Assembly: GCA_010909165.1 (NCBI GenBank)
Contig: VJWM01000383.1
Coordinates: 1-25,285, forward strand
Source of the DNA: Anthoceros angustus
Lineage: Eukaryota; Plantae; Anthocerotophyta
Length of the DNA: 25,285 nucleotides
Reading direction: 5' to 3'
A program made the position numbers and the translations under genes. Positions 12,340 through 22,916 of this stretch are shown here, in pieces (within the stretch, counting starts at the first letter, position 1; every line of letters starts with the position of its first letter). Under the pieces are notes generated by a model. That model was not told the origin of the DNA, searched no databases, and saw only the letters and a list, made by a program, of their open reading frames with translations.

Positions 12340-12780
12340 ACCTTTAAGCGAGCGAAACCTTGGCCTTGCAAACAACCTTGGCCTTGGACTAAGCAAGCAC
12401 ATGGACCTTAGAGGCAAAGACACCTTGAACATGGGAACCCCTTGGCCTTGAAAAGAACCTTCAAAGCAGGCGGCAAAACCTTGGCCTTGAAACAAACTTT
12501 CGAGACCTTGGCCTTGAGCGAAGGCGAGAAAACCTTAACCATTGGAAAGGGCACGAAAGAAACCTTGGCCCAAAACTTAAAGACCTTAGCCTAGCGAACC
12601 TAGAACACCTTGGCCTTGAATGAGCTACAGCGGACCTTAGCCAGCGAGAACCCGAGAAAGGCGTTGGCTGCGAAACTAGAACTAGGCTCCTTCCCAAAGC
12701 AGAAGGAAGACCTTGGCCTCTGAGCTAAACACGAGCAAAACACCTAAGCCTTGGCGGAGACTAGACCACCTCGGACTTGA
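12340..12780. repeat. Array of ~12 imperfect AACCTTGGCCTTG motifs with variable spacers
   Basis: Copies near 12356, 12374, 12438, 12477, 12504, 12561, 12607 and 12710, plus more diverged copies. Confidence 0.85.
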
Positions 12781-12818
12781 AAAAGGCAGAATGACAAAAG
12801 AACTCGCTGAGGAAGCCA

Positions 12819-12827
12819 TTTATATAG
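12819..12827 (-). promoter_or_regulatory. TATA box of the minus-strand orphan gene (putative)
   Basis: The minus strand reads CTATATAAA, pointing into the motif array and the orphan gene. A telo-box-like AAACCCTAA lies at ~12833-12841. Confidence 0.5.
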
Positions 12828-13202
12828 GCCGCAAACCCTAAACATTCTCACTCTGGCGCCGCGTTCTCTCTCTACCAAGCTGGTTTGAATTTACGAACCT
12901 AACATTGAGCCCAATTCCAAACCAATGTAGGTTTTGCCTTGCCGCCCGCTGTTCAACCAAACCTAGATTCAATTTTCCAAACCTAGCCTTCACCAAACCT
13001 AATCTCAGAACCCCGTCGTGGGCGTAACGGCTACTGCGGCCAACCACCAGGCCCCGCCACATACCATCGAACCATCTAGAACCCTAACTTTCGTACTTAA
13101 GATGCACATAGGGTTACGGTCATACGCCCAACCACGCCGCCCGTCGCGTGATCGGCCGGTCGCGATCGATCATGCGTCGAGTGACCATTTTAACGTAGCC
13201 CC

Positions 13203-16072
13203 TATTCCTCCATTCTAAAGTAGACAGATTCAAAACATTGGATTGACGGTGAAAGATACATTTTTTTTGTGGTATAGAAAGTCCGCCAGTAGTTCCCTAC
13301 AATGTAGTACAAGGCTTGAGTCTTGTGATAGACCCGTCAGGGCACCGATTGGCCGGTGTCTTGATGGTCATTGTAGTGGAGGCAACCGGTAAACATTTGG
13401 AGTTGGACCCTCTTGACCAAACTTTGACCGGTCCAAAAATAGCCTTTTTACATCATGCTCAAAACATCACCCCCATTCCTAGAGTACATATACTTACACA
13501 CCAATCACAAGTTTGTTGGTCGACAGCGCAAAAGGAACAAAGGGGTGGGTGCTAGCCGGCCGGCGCCCACTCCATTCTCATTGACACATATGGGCAAGGT
13601 ACACACCTTTCCAGCAAAAGCAGTTTGAAAGCGGGCAAGCATCTGGTCTGTCGAATGTAAAGGATATTCTTCCCGAACCTCTTTGAAAGAAGAGCAGCCC
13701 AGGTGTTTCACCATCGCCACTTGTATGACATGGAATTTCTTCCGCAACGTGATCTCCTCATCCATGCCCTTCAGATCTATAAGTCCTGTCAACACCTTTT
13801 CAGTAGCGGTTATCAGAATTTGCTGCCCACATTCTCCAGTTGGTATCCCTTGAAAGGATTTCCATGGCTTTGCCAACATGTCTTTAGGCTTCACATAAAC
13901 ACTGTCCACTTGCTTTGGCTCCTCACCCTTTTTGCTTCCCTTTCCTTTTGCTTGTCCGGTGTCGTCTCCCAATAGCTCTCCTGCTTCCTACTTGGAAAAA
14001 ATCATGTCCACATTGTCCCACACCTTACCCTCCTGCTTGGCAATGCACAAAATGAGGGACCGGTTGTCCGCTTTGTTTTGCTTGTAGACGTCGTCTTCGC
14101 GTCCTTCATCATCTCAATCAATCCTAGCACTTTGTACAAATTATACTTCCATGACATGGTCATCTGCACTCCTTCTCGTTTTGCAACGAACAGCTCATTC
14201 CTCAAGTACCTGACTTGCTCAATGAAGTTCATCTTCTTCCTTTTGTCCGACATAATATTGTGGCAAGCACTGCATTTAGGAACGATGGCCCAGGATACAT
14301 GTGCTTCAACATAGTGGGCGCTTCTTCCTGAAAGATATCGGATAAATGTTTCATGGCTTCATCTGGTGGTTCTCGCCAAGCACCCCCGTGACATATTTGT
14401 TAGCCATCGCTTATCGCCCAAATTTTGCTCAAGTCATCACTCACTTGGAGCAATCATACAAAGCACCCCTCTTCTATCCTTCCCTTTGAAATAACAAGTG
14501 CCAAATAGTTGGCCCATGCCTCATCAACCCTCCAAATCTTCGCATCCGTAACGCGTGCTACTGGCCTTAGGTTCTCCAATTTGACCAATACTATCTCCAA
14601 TACAACCTTCTTCGAGTACGCAGAATCCCTAAGGCAAGTCAGGGGATCTGCATCTTTGATTGCATCCTCCAGCCGTTCAACATCTATCAAAATATAAACA
14701 GTTGGAATGTTGGCACCCAGGTCCTCTTGCCTTGCCACGTTCTTCGCTTTCTTTTTCCTCCTCCCTGCCTCCGTGCCTCCACTATGGATTTGCCTGGTAC
14801 CCTCTATAGCATCCAAAGACGCTGCAGTCCGCTTTCCTCTTGAGCCAGCCGTCGGCCCAGCATCACTCCTTGCAGACCCTTGGAGGGCGCCGGCGGGCCA
14901 GCGCCCCTCTGTTTCTACCTCCTATCAAGCCCCTCCTTCGTCCCCCATATCACCTTCATCTTCGGGTTGCGGCATCTGATGGCCACCACCACTTCCACTT
15001 CCTCCATGCTCCCTTGGATGGGTTCTGCTAAAGGGACCTGTGGAAGGGGCATCGGCCGGCCGGCGCCCCAGTCCAACATCTCCCTGTTGAAACTGGATGA
15101 ACCAATTTGGATCAAGTGTAGGCAAGTCCGAACCTGCTCCACCCTTAGGCGCAACATGGGTCTTGCAGGCCATGAATCTCATCTATTGTATGCAATAGTT
15201 GGGACCACCATGGACGGCCTTGCATGGCCAAGCTTAAGAGGTCATTTGCATCCCGTCTCATCTAATACACTTCTTTATACAGAATGGCCAAGCACGCGTC
15301 GGAATAGGCCATCTTCCTCATATGATGGGCGAGCTCATTGTCTGGATTCTCGACTCGGACTTTTGCCTTTCATCACTTTTTGCATCGGCTCTCTCACCCA
15401 TCATGGACACCTCCCTCCTATGATCCACAATTGCCTCTGTAATCTTCCCACAGATAGCCCCAGTGAGTACCCTTGGGCTAAGGGGCTGCAAAACCAAAAA
15501 CCGAAAGATGGGTCATTGATCAAAGTCATAGAGCAACCAACAAGAGTATCATTTCAGACAAAACCTGTGCTTACAGTCTACTGGCGCATGGAGTCACGGA
15601 ACTCTTCAACAAGTGATCAAGGTGCACATTTCTTGCAGTGAAACCCTCTCAGACTAAGAACATACGATGTGTACATATCAGGATCTTGGATTACTACCTC
15701 GAACTCATATGGCTTGGTGGTGCAAGACAAGATAAACTCTGGCTCTACCTCGAACTCATATGGCTTGGTGGTGCAAGACAAGATAAACTCTGGCTCTCCC
15801 TCATTGATGTCCATAGTGGCCCATATAACCCAACCAGCCCTAGCTCTTTGATTGGGCAAATCCCTGTACCCCATGTTCCACAGTTTGAACAAGGGCGTCC
15901 ACGGCACAGTCTCCTCATCTAGATGTGGATCGTGCATGAGCACCCAATCCTTGTCCAAAATAACAACATGGTCAAGCTGACCACAGTGACTAAGTCCCTG
16001 GATAAGCACCATCCTCGTGGTGACGAGAAGGAAGGTGGGGTGCCGGTTATACGCACTTTTAACCTTCTCCAC
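13203..16072 (-). pseudogene. Degenerate, probably TE-borne gene encoding a ParB/Srx-like domain
   Basis: Collinear fragments 15617-16072, 14915-15157, 14454-14816, 14002-14253 and 13505-13972, with a GT-AG intron at 15486-15574. The ParB-like segment (14200-14610) reads LEIVLVKLENLRP...RVDEAWANYLALVISKG, then KYVTGVLGENHQ-EAMKHL, then CHNIMSDKRKKMNFIEQVRYLR. Confidence 0.55.
15694..15795. repeat. Exact 51-bp tandem duplication (in frame, EPEFILSCTTKPYEFEV twice)
   Basis: CTACCTCGAACTCATATGGCTTGGTGGTGCAAGACAAGATAAACTCTGGCT occurs at 15694 and 15745. Confidence 0.95.
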
Positions 16073-16589
16073 TCCTTATGCCACCTGCTTTGTTACGCCG
16101 ATACTTGAGACACATGCTCGGTTTTTGGGAGGCTACTCGTCCTCCTACACCTCACGGTCTGATTGCATTGGCAAGGTGCCCCCATGTGACACAGTGGGTC
16201 GTGCCTCCGGCAATTACATTAAAAGTGGGGCCCATCTTTGCCTTGTAGCCCTAGTTTTCTTTGGCTTATGGGTGATGTCTTTGGCGGATCGTGGGCGGCC
16301 TAGTCCTTGTTACTCCTCCTCAACACCATCTTCACCGTGTGAACAAACCTTCACCCATTACGTCAGGGCGCAATGGCGCGGATGTTCAAAATTCACCACA
16401 GGATGAGCAGTGGACCTCTCTCTGCCTACTTAGCACACTTGAAGGCTCTCTTAGCTTGCCTCTTAACAATCTGAGGCTTCTCTTCAAACTCTCTTGCTCT
16501 TACATGCATTTCGGATGCCCTAGATTGCACCTGAACTGGCTCCAAATGGCTTAGGCCAAATTGACACACAATTATAAGAATGTGGTTGT

Positions 16590-17330
16590 TAAGGATCAAG
16601 TGCGTAGATTGGTACTTAGGTGCAAGTAGCTAAGACACACCATGGTGTTAACTATCCAGCGCTTAGATCAGTACGTAGATGGGGTGCCTAGAGGAAGTGG
16701 ATGCCCTTGGTGTAAGTAGTTTAGGCACACCATGGTACCAAGTCCTATGACAGAAACGTTCTGTCTAAGAAACTACATACAGACTTTATGTAAGAAAAAG
16801 AGATGGGAAGTTCTATCTAAGTGGAGTATAATAGACTTCTTCGTCTTCTTCTCTTCAGGTTTTTCAACCAGACTTCAAAATTTATTTATTCACATGTTAT
16901 TTTAACTCACAACAAATACTTTGAATGTTGTTTAGAACCTTGTCCCGACCAACATCAAGGTTTTTACAAATATATGTCCCCACATGCCACTTTAACTCAC
17001 AACAAACACTTCGAAGGTTTTTTAGAATCTTGTCTCGGCCAACATCAAGGTTCTGATAAATGTGTGTCCAAATGGTTTAGGCCAAATGAACACACATATA
17101 TAAGAGCACAAGTTGTTAAGCATCCTGCGCTTAGATCGATACTTAGATGGAGTGCTGGAGGGAGTAGATGCCCTTGGTGCAAGTAGATTAGGCATATCAT
17201 GGTACACGTAGTTAAGTACCAAAGTCCCATGACTTGGTACGAAGTTTTTGTAAGCATCCAAGTTTTTGTAAGCACATTTTTCTGGTTCGAGACCGCAACA
17301 CATTTTTCTGGTTCGAGACCACCGCAACAC
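16590..17330. repeat. Composite repeat region
   Basis: A GGTG(C/T)AAGTAG...CATGGT module occurs at ~16619, ~16709 and ~17176. A ~72-bp unit repeats at 16891 and 16981 (90-bp period). CACATTTTTCTGGTTCGAGACC is tandemly doubled at ~17273-17320. Confidence 0.75.
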
Positions 17331-17696
17331 GCGGCCCACATGGGAAACCGGTGCGAGTCCTTGTTTACATAACTTATTGTCAAATAAATAAGTAGCTTAG
17401 GCGCTGTAGAACATGATAGGTAGTGATAATAATATAATAGGTAATGATAATAATGCCCTTCTACTCTTCCGATAAAACCATCCTCCCACCCTCCACTTCG
17501 AACGGACGAGTAGGTACCTATCTGGTCTCACCTCTAAAGAACCAACCTCCCCCGCAACCCCATCCTGCCCCGCCCTCGTTTATTTCAGATAAGTCAATTA
17601 ATTACCTAGCCTAAGCGAATGAGATTGTAGACAAACGGTAACGCTAGAGAGTGTCAAGGCACTGGCTCAGGATCTTCACAAAACTGCAGTGCCGGT

Positions 17697-17838
17697 AATG
17701 TCCACATCCACGTGAAGAGCCCTGATATTACATGGTGCGAATGTCAACATCCACGTGAAGAGCCCTGATATTACATGGTGCGAATGTCCACATCCACGTG
17801 AAGAGCCCGGATATTACATGGTGCGAATGTCCACATCC
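17697..17838. repeat. 43-bp tandem repeat, 3.3 copies, each full copy containing CACGTG
   Basis: AATGTCCACATCCACGTGAAGAGCCCTGATATTACATGGTGCG starts at 17697, 17740 and 17783, with a partial copy at 17826. Copies are nearly identical. Confidence 0.95.
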
Positions 17839-18018
17839 GCAAGCTACATGATCATCTACTAATGTTAAGAGGTGTTCTATTCTACGACCCAGAACCTTGG
17901 TCACCACACGCCGTACAGGTTCGGAGACGGCACCAGTTTTGATGTAGCAAAAGGAATCCGTCTTGCCTAACTTGCACCTGCAACCCGTCATGCTGCAGCA
18001 GTCTAAATGCGCAGGCAG

Positions 18019-18077
18019 TTGCAGCCTGTAGGGTTGTCGCCTGAAGACGTTGCAGGCAACAAACCTACGAGCTGCAA
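18019..18077 (-). other. Imperfect inverted repeat forming a 25-bp stem hairpin
   Basis: Arms 18019-18043 and 18053-18077 are 21/25 complementary with a 9-nt loop. On the minus strand two of the four mismatches become G-U pairs. Confidence 0.75.
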
Positions 18078-18206
18078 AACTACGTCTATGACATAACCGG
18101 CAAGATGCGCAAACTATTTACCTCAAACTGGATGAAATAATGAAAGTATCTGCTCTGCATAAAGCAACATGATTTGCTCGGTTGCGATCTGCCGTTCTCT
18201 AAAACC

Positions 18207-21200
18207 TCACATGCCGACATCCTCTACGAGCTGTTCACATGCTGATTCTTCTGGTGCTGCCTCCACTGCCACAGGTGAAGCCTCTAGTGCAGCACCTTCT
18301 GTAGTCAGCACCTCTTGCTCCACAATCACCTCATGTTTGTCGCTCCACTTCTCTCTGCTGCCAGTGGAGCTCTGACTTCAGGAAACATATCATCTTGAAG
18401 CCAAGGCGAAATAGCCTGAACCTGAGGCCAGCTCTGCTCCAACAAGCTGTCGCCTCCGAGAGTGCTTCTCTGCATGAGGACTCCTCTGGTATGCATCACA
18501 AGCAGCATGTTCTTCAAGATCTCAGGCACTTGTTCTTGCAGCCTGTCGCTAGCTTTGCCCCTGAGCCTAAGTTTCAGGTACTTTTCCATATGACCCAGAA
18601 CAGCGAGCCAGAGTGTCCCGAAGCTAGGTAGGGCAGACAGATGGTCAAGAAAATGAAGAAAACTTTTTGATATGAATTTCATCGCTTGATACAGAGTTCC
18701 TTCCATGCTCCGAAACTCTTTTGAGGACTGCCTACTTGCTATGTCCAGTAGATCATCTAGCAAAGGAAAGACAATCTGGTCAAAGCAATGAGCCAAAACT
18801 GCTGGGCTGGCGTTTAGGTCATCTGCTGCGATTATACACCGTTGCAAAGCTGACAAGGCATAATTCCTGACTTCCTCCCTGTGATCCAGACATACTTTCC
18901 TTAACCCTTGAGCAAGTCGAAGCCACATATCTGCAAGCTCTTGAATCACCTTTCCATTTTCACCTACTTCCTCAGCTGGGTTAGCATCAGAATTAGCTAC
19001 TTTCCTCCACTGGACAAGACAGGTGACTGACTCTGAAAGAAGATCAAGTGCACGGATCGACCTGTCATTGCCACCAGTCCTGGATTCAGCAAAGGCCCTT
19101 GCTGCATCAAGGCAAAGAACATAGTTGGCGGGCAGCATGTGTGCACCCTCAGCCATTATAAAAACAAGAGCTTCAAATCCAGGATCCGACGCCTCTGGAT
19201 GCCGAGCAGTCATTGTCAGTAAAGATGCTACTGTTCTCCATCCAGCCATGGATTTAATATGTCCAGCATTGGCTCTGACGAGCTGCATTACCTCCTGGGT
19301 GATTCGCTCACAAAACTCGTCAACAGCATGGCATCAAGTTTCAAAATCAGCTGCAGAGATCGCAGAAGCTCTTCAGACAGGTTTTCCTTATCTGAAGCAG
19401 CCGTTGGCAAATGTGAAGTAGACCAAAACAGCCTTCTCCACAAGGGGGTAGGAGTAGTTGCAGTCTGGACAATGCCAGCCATGTGCTCATAGACACCCTG
19501 CCAAAGCAACATTATCCGGTCACGATTATTGAGCGTGATGGCAATTAAAAGCTCTAAGCAGAAAACAGCGGTATCTTCATCCTCTGGTGTGGTTCCTTTC
19601 GTTGACCTTCCTGCAGCCCCAATGAGAGCCTTAGCTAGCTCCAAAAGTGAATCCGCTTGCAAAAATCTGCTATCTGTGAAAATATTGTCAATATGACAAG
19701 CTTCAATGGTACGAAGGGTTCGTTGATGAGCTGCCAACTGTTGCTCTGTAGGCTGCAATCTAGGCTCCTCACTTTCCAGAGAAAGAAGCTGACTAAAACG
19801 ACTCATTAAACCAGATGACTTCCGTAGCACCACCAGTAGGTGCAGGCAATAGGGCCTGGTTGCCCGGGAAAACTTTTCCATGTGCTGATGAAGTCATGCC
19901 ATCTGTCTCATCAGCAATATCACTGGCAACACGTGATGCTAAGAGACCTAACTTATGCAAACGGAGAATGCAATCCAGAATATTACGCCATCCACCACGA
20001 ATATAGTCACCAAACTTATTGGCAATGGTGAACACAGCAAGTGCAGCCATTCGAGCCTTTGTATCCCCTCCAAAGGCAATCGCAGGCTCTTCCACAGACG
20101 TGGTGGGATTGAGTAGAGTTGTGAACTTGCATAGGGACACAGCCAAGTCATCTAGCACATCCTCAAGGCGATAGCTTGCAGCAATCTTTGCCACTGCCAG
20201 GAAACCATCTACACATGCCTGTTGCACCTCCTCTTCTTCAGCATGGTCGAAGACAACAGAAATAGCAGCAATCGTTGGACCCGAGATCATAGCAAACATA
20301 TCATTGTCTAGGAGTTGAGCCATATCACACTGAATATAAGGAGAAGTTGTTCGAGACCTCGCATCAAATCCACCCACCGGCTGTAGGTCATATCACCAGA
20401 TGCTGTACCATGGTCATAAGATACTTTGATTTCATCCCGTACAATTGAGTGGTACAGATCTAACAGCATCTCACGAGGTAGATCTTCCCCACCATTGATG
20501 CTCCGATTATTCTTGATGAAGTCTTCTTCACTCATCTTCCGTTTAACTCGAACATTGTGCTGGTCTGTGTTGAGCATAATGACAGAGTAAGCAAGTACAT
20601 AAGCAGCATCCTTATTAGCCAATATCCCAGAGGACTGTTCATAGTATCTCTCTGCAAATGCATCAAGCACCCTGGATATCTTCTGAGCCTCTCCTGGTAA
20701 GCGAAAGCTCTCGAGGAAAGTACGCAAGGCACTATCTAGACTCATATCAGTGAAGTCAAAAGTTCGAGCAAACTCAACCAGCACATCGAGGCAAAACTCA
20801 TCAGGATCACCCAGGAAATCTCCTAATAGGCTCTTATCCAGACCCGACGTGTACCTGAAGAAGCATGCCACGCGGATCAAGCTTCTCTGGCAAAAACGGA
20901 TCACTTGAAGAAACTCAAGACCCTTCTTAGGATCTCTGTTAAAATGATCAGCACCAATCATTAGCCTACGTTTTATGTATTTGCATCGTCGAACAAACTG
21001 AACCCAACACTGTGGATCTTCGTAGTTCTCACACTGCACTGTCCAGAACGGCACATACTCCTGACCTTCTTCAATTGCTGGCCCAGAATAAGGGACTGAA
21101 GCACCGTCAACTCTGTCAGCCATACTATGAATCACAGCGAGAAGCCCCTCAAGTGCAAGAACATGCATGGCAGAAAGTGGACAGTTCACTGGAAATGCAC

Positions 21201-22916
21201 TCTTCGACAGCAAGTTCCCAAGATCTTCAAACAAATTACTGCACGTGATGTCACAGTCAAAGTTGGCGTACATTTCAACCATGAACCTAGGTTGACGACA
21301 AAAGTCAACCAGGGCTTCCATAGCCACTTCCTGTTCTTGGTACGTCGCCCCATACCTCCCCTGTGCCAGACGGATTATCACGTAAGAGAAAAAAGCTTCC
21401 AGTTGAAGCTTGACATGGCACCGAAGATGATGGTACAGATTAAGGACTATACTGCATGCCATGGATAAAACCAAAGGCTGACGAGAGAGTCCCATCTGGA
21501 TAAGGTTACGGCAGAGCTCATCCTGCACAAGGGCCAGCAGCTTGGGGTGCTGACCAAATGATTGCCCACCCAATTCCAGCGCAGAGTTGATAAGCCCAAG
21601 TGCAAAAAGTGGGACATCCTCATCACTAGCTAAAACACTTTGACCAGGGCCCATAGGATCCCCCACATTCAAGAGTGAGCACAAAAAATGAAAAATCTCC
21701 ACCATGCACATCACTCCATAGGACTCCCTTGACGCAGCATCACCTTGATGACCATCCATTTTGTTCACTGCCCCCCAGTCTTGGAAATTACTACCATCAG
21801 ACAAAGCTAACCCAGGTGACGATGGTGATAGCTGAGGAGGAAGCTTCTGTGTTCCATCTTCTAAAGAGGGACCATCGTTAGAAACCTGTGCTGGACAAGC
21901 CCAGAACATTTGCCCCATTCGCCTGTAAACCAGAAACGGTTCCCTCTGTTTGCAACTCTCCCTGCACAAAAGCAAGGTTCCAACGTCAGTTGTGACAGCC
22001 CTACTTCTGCCCACCGCTTGCGTACAAGACATTAAGGTGTAGCATCACTCACGGAAGCGGAGCTGTTGCACGAGGATTGCTCAAACTGACTGCTTGGAGT
22101 CGTTCCAGAGTGGACACTGACAAGAGGCAATCTTGAGAAGATGGTCCTAACAAGCTCATGCATGGCATGGCGGGCAGTGCGCTGCAAGAGCTCGCCTTTG
22201 AACCAGCCTGATGCACAACTCTAAAGCAGGTGTTCACCACATTCAGCACATCACCATTACTAAGAACAGCACCGCACCAGTTTTAACACATGCCAGCAGG
22301 ACTTGCAGGATCTTCATGAGGACAATTTCCTCAGAGGCTGGGTCAGTGACCTCGAAACGGCAGCTAGTGACACAGTCCACTATGGAATGCATCGCTTCAC
22401 CAACGTGTGCCGTCCTTGCATTGAACACTTGCAAAGTCAGAATCTTGTACACAGCAGAAAGAGCAACGCCTGTGATAGGAGCTCCTGCCAAGTAACGACC
22501 AGCAGTGTCAATCGAATCCACAGGCACAGCAGCAACGGCTGTCTTTGACAACACAAAAGAAGTTCAAGGATGACGATGCAGGTACCTGTCTCATCGGAAC
22601 GGATAACCTCAAGAAAGGGTGAAAGGTAAATATTGGGGCTAATGGTCTGCCAGGGCTGGTGCCAGCTGAAGATGCGGCGTCGTAGCATCTTGAGTGCATG
22701 CATGAGTGAGTGTTCGTGCTGATCGTCATGCCCGGCCATGTGCGAGTGCCCACCGCGCATTCCGGCGCATCACAGCCAACACAGCCCCAATCTCTGCATT
22801 CACCATACAAGCCAATGTTCCACCATCCCTGTTGCGGCAACCCCTGTATTCGAATGACTGGTCTCAAGGATGCCGCCTCCAGGCTGCAGGTCCGACACAA
22901 GACTACCGCATGCCAT
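18207..22916 (-). CDS. GNOM: GNOM/GNL (GBF1-type) large ARF guanine-nucleotide exchange factor with a Sec7 domain, reading frame broken by ~10 indels
   Basis: N-terminal LACMVNAEIGAVLAVMRRNARW...FLEVIRSDETG|APITGVALS, HUS-box-like YANFDCD, Sec7 FRLPGEAQKI (Glu finger at 20689-20691) and YSVIMLNTDQHN, followed by GWRNILDCILRLHKLGLL and CLDHREEVRNYA. The start (ATG 22916, or the Met at 22806) and stop (18207 after an acidic tail, or 18326 without the last frameshift) are inferred. GNOM versus GNL orthology is unresolved. Confidence 0.93.
22485..22585 (-). other. GT-AG intron (101 nt) of the GNOM-like gene
   Basis: ACAG|GTACC...TTGGCAG|GAGCT. Splicing restores the conserved SDETGAPIT. Confidence 0.9.

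Larger units (their letters stand above)
2018..13202 (-). mobile_element. ~11.2-kb putative DNA-transposon-like (MULE-like, degenerate-TIR) element
   Basis: Coding-like flanks stop abruptly at GGGGTAG (2018) and GTAGCCCC (13202). Near the left end are GAGAATTGACCTTTTGGTCAT (~2040) and an exact 22-bp direct repeat (2100-2121, 2149-2170). The interior is one minus-strand spliced gene. No transposase is recognised and the flanks (ATTTTTTTC, TATTCCTCC) are not an exact TSD. Confidence 0.35.

Noticed and set aside
12340-12780. CRISPR-like repeat-spacer appearance
   Set aside because: Repeats are 13 bp and degenerate, spacers are short and irregular, the context is eukaryotic and no cas genes are present.
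3559-13301. TGTAGGG (3559) and CCCTACA (13301) as ends of one element
   Set aside because: Only 7 bp match, there is no TSD, and 13301 lies inside an open frame of the ParB-like gene.
14880-15641. 253-aa + strand ORF
   Set aside because: It is antisense to the minus-strand gene, which has a proper intron here, and it shows no recognisable features.
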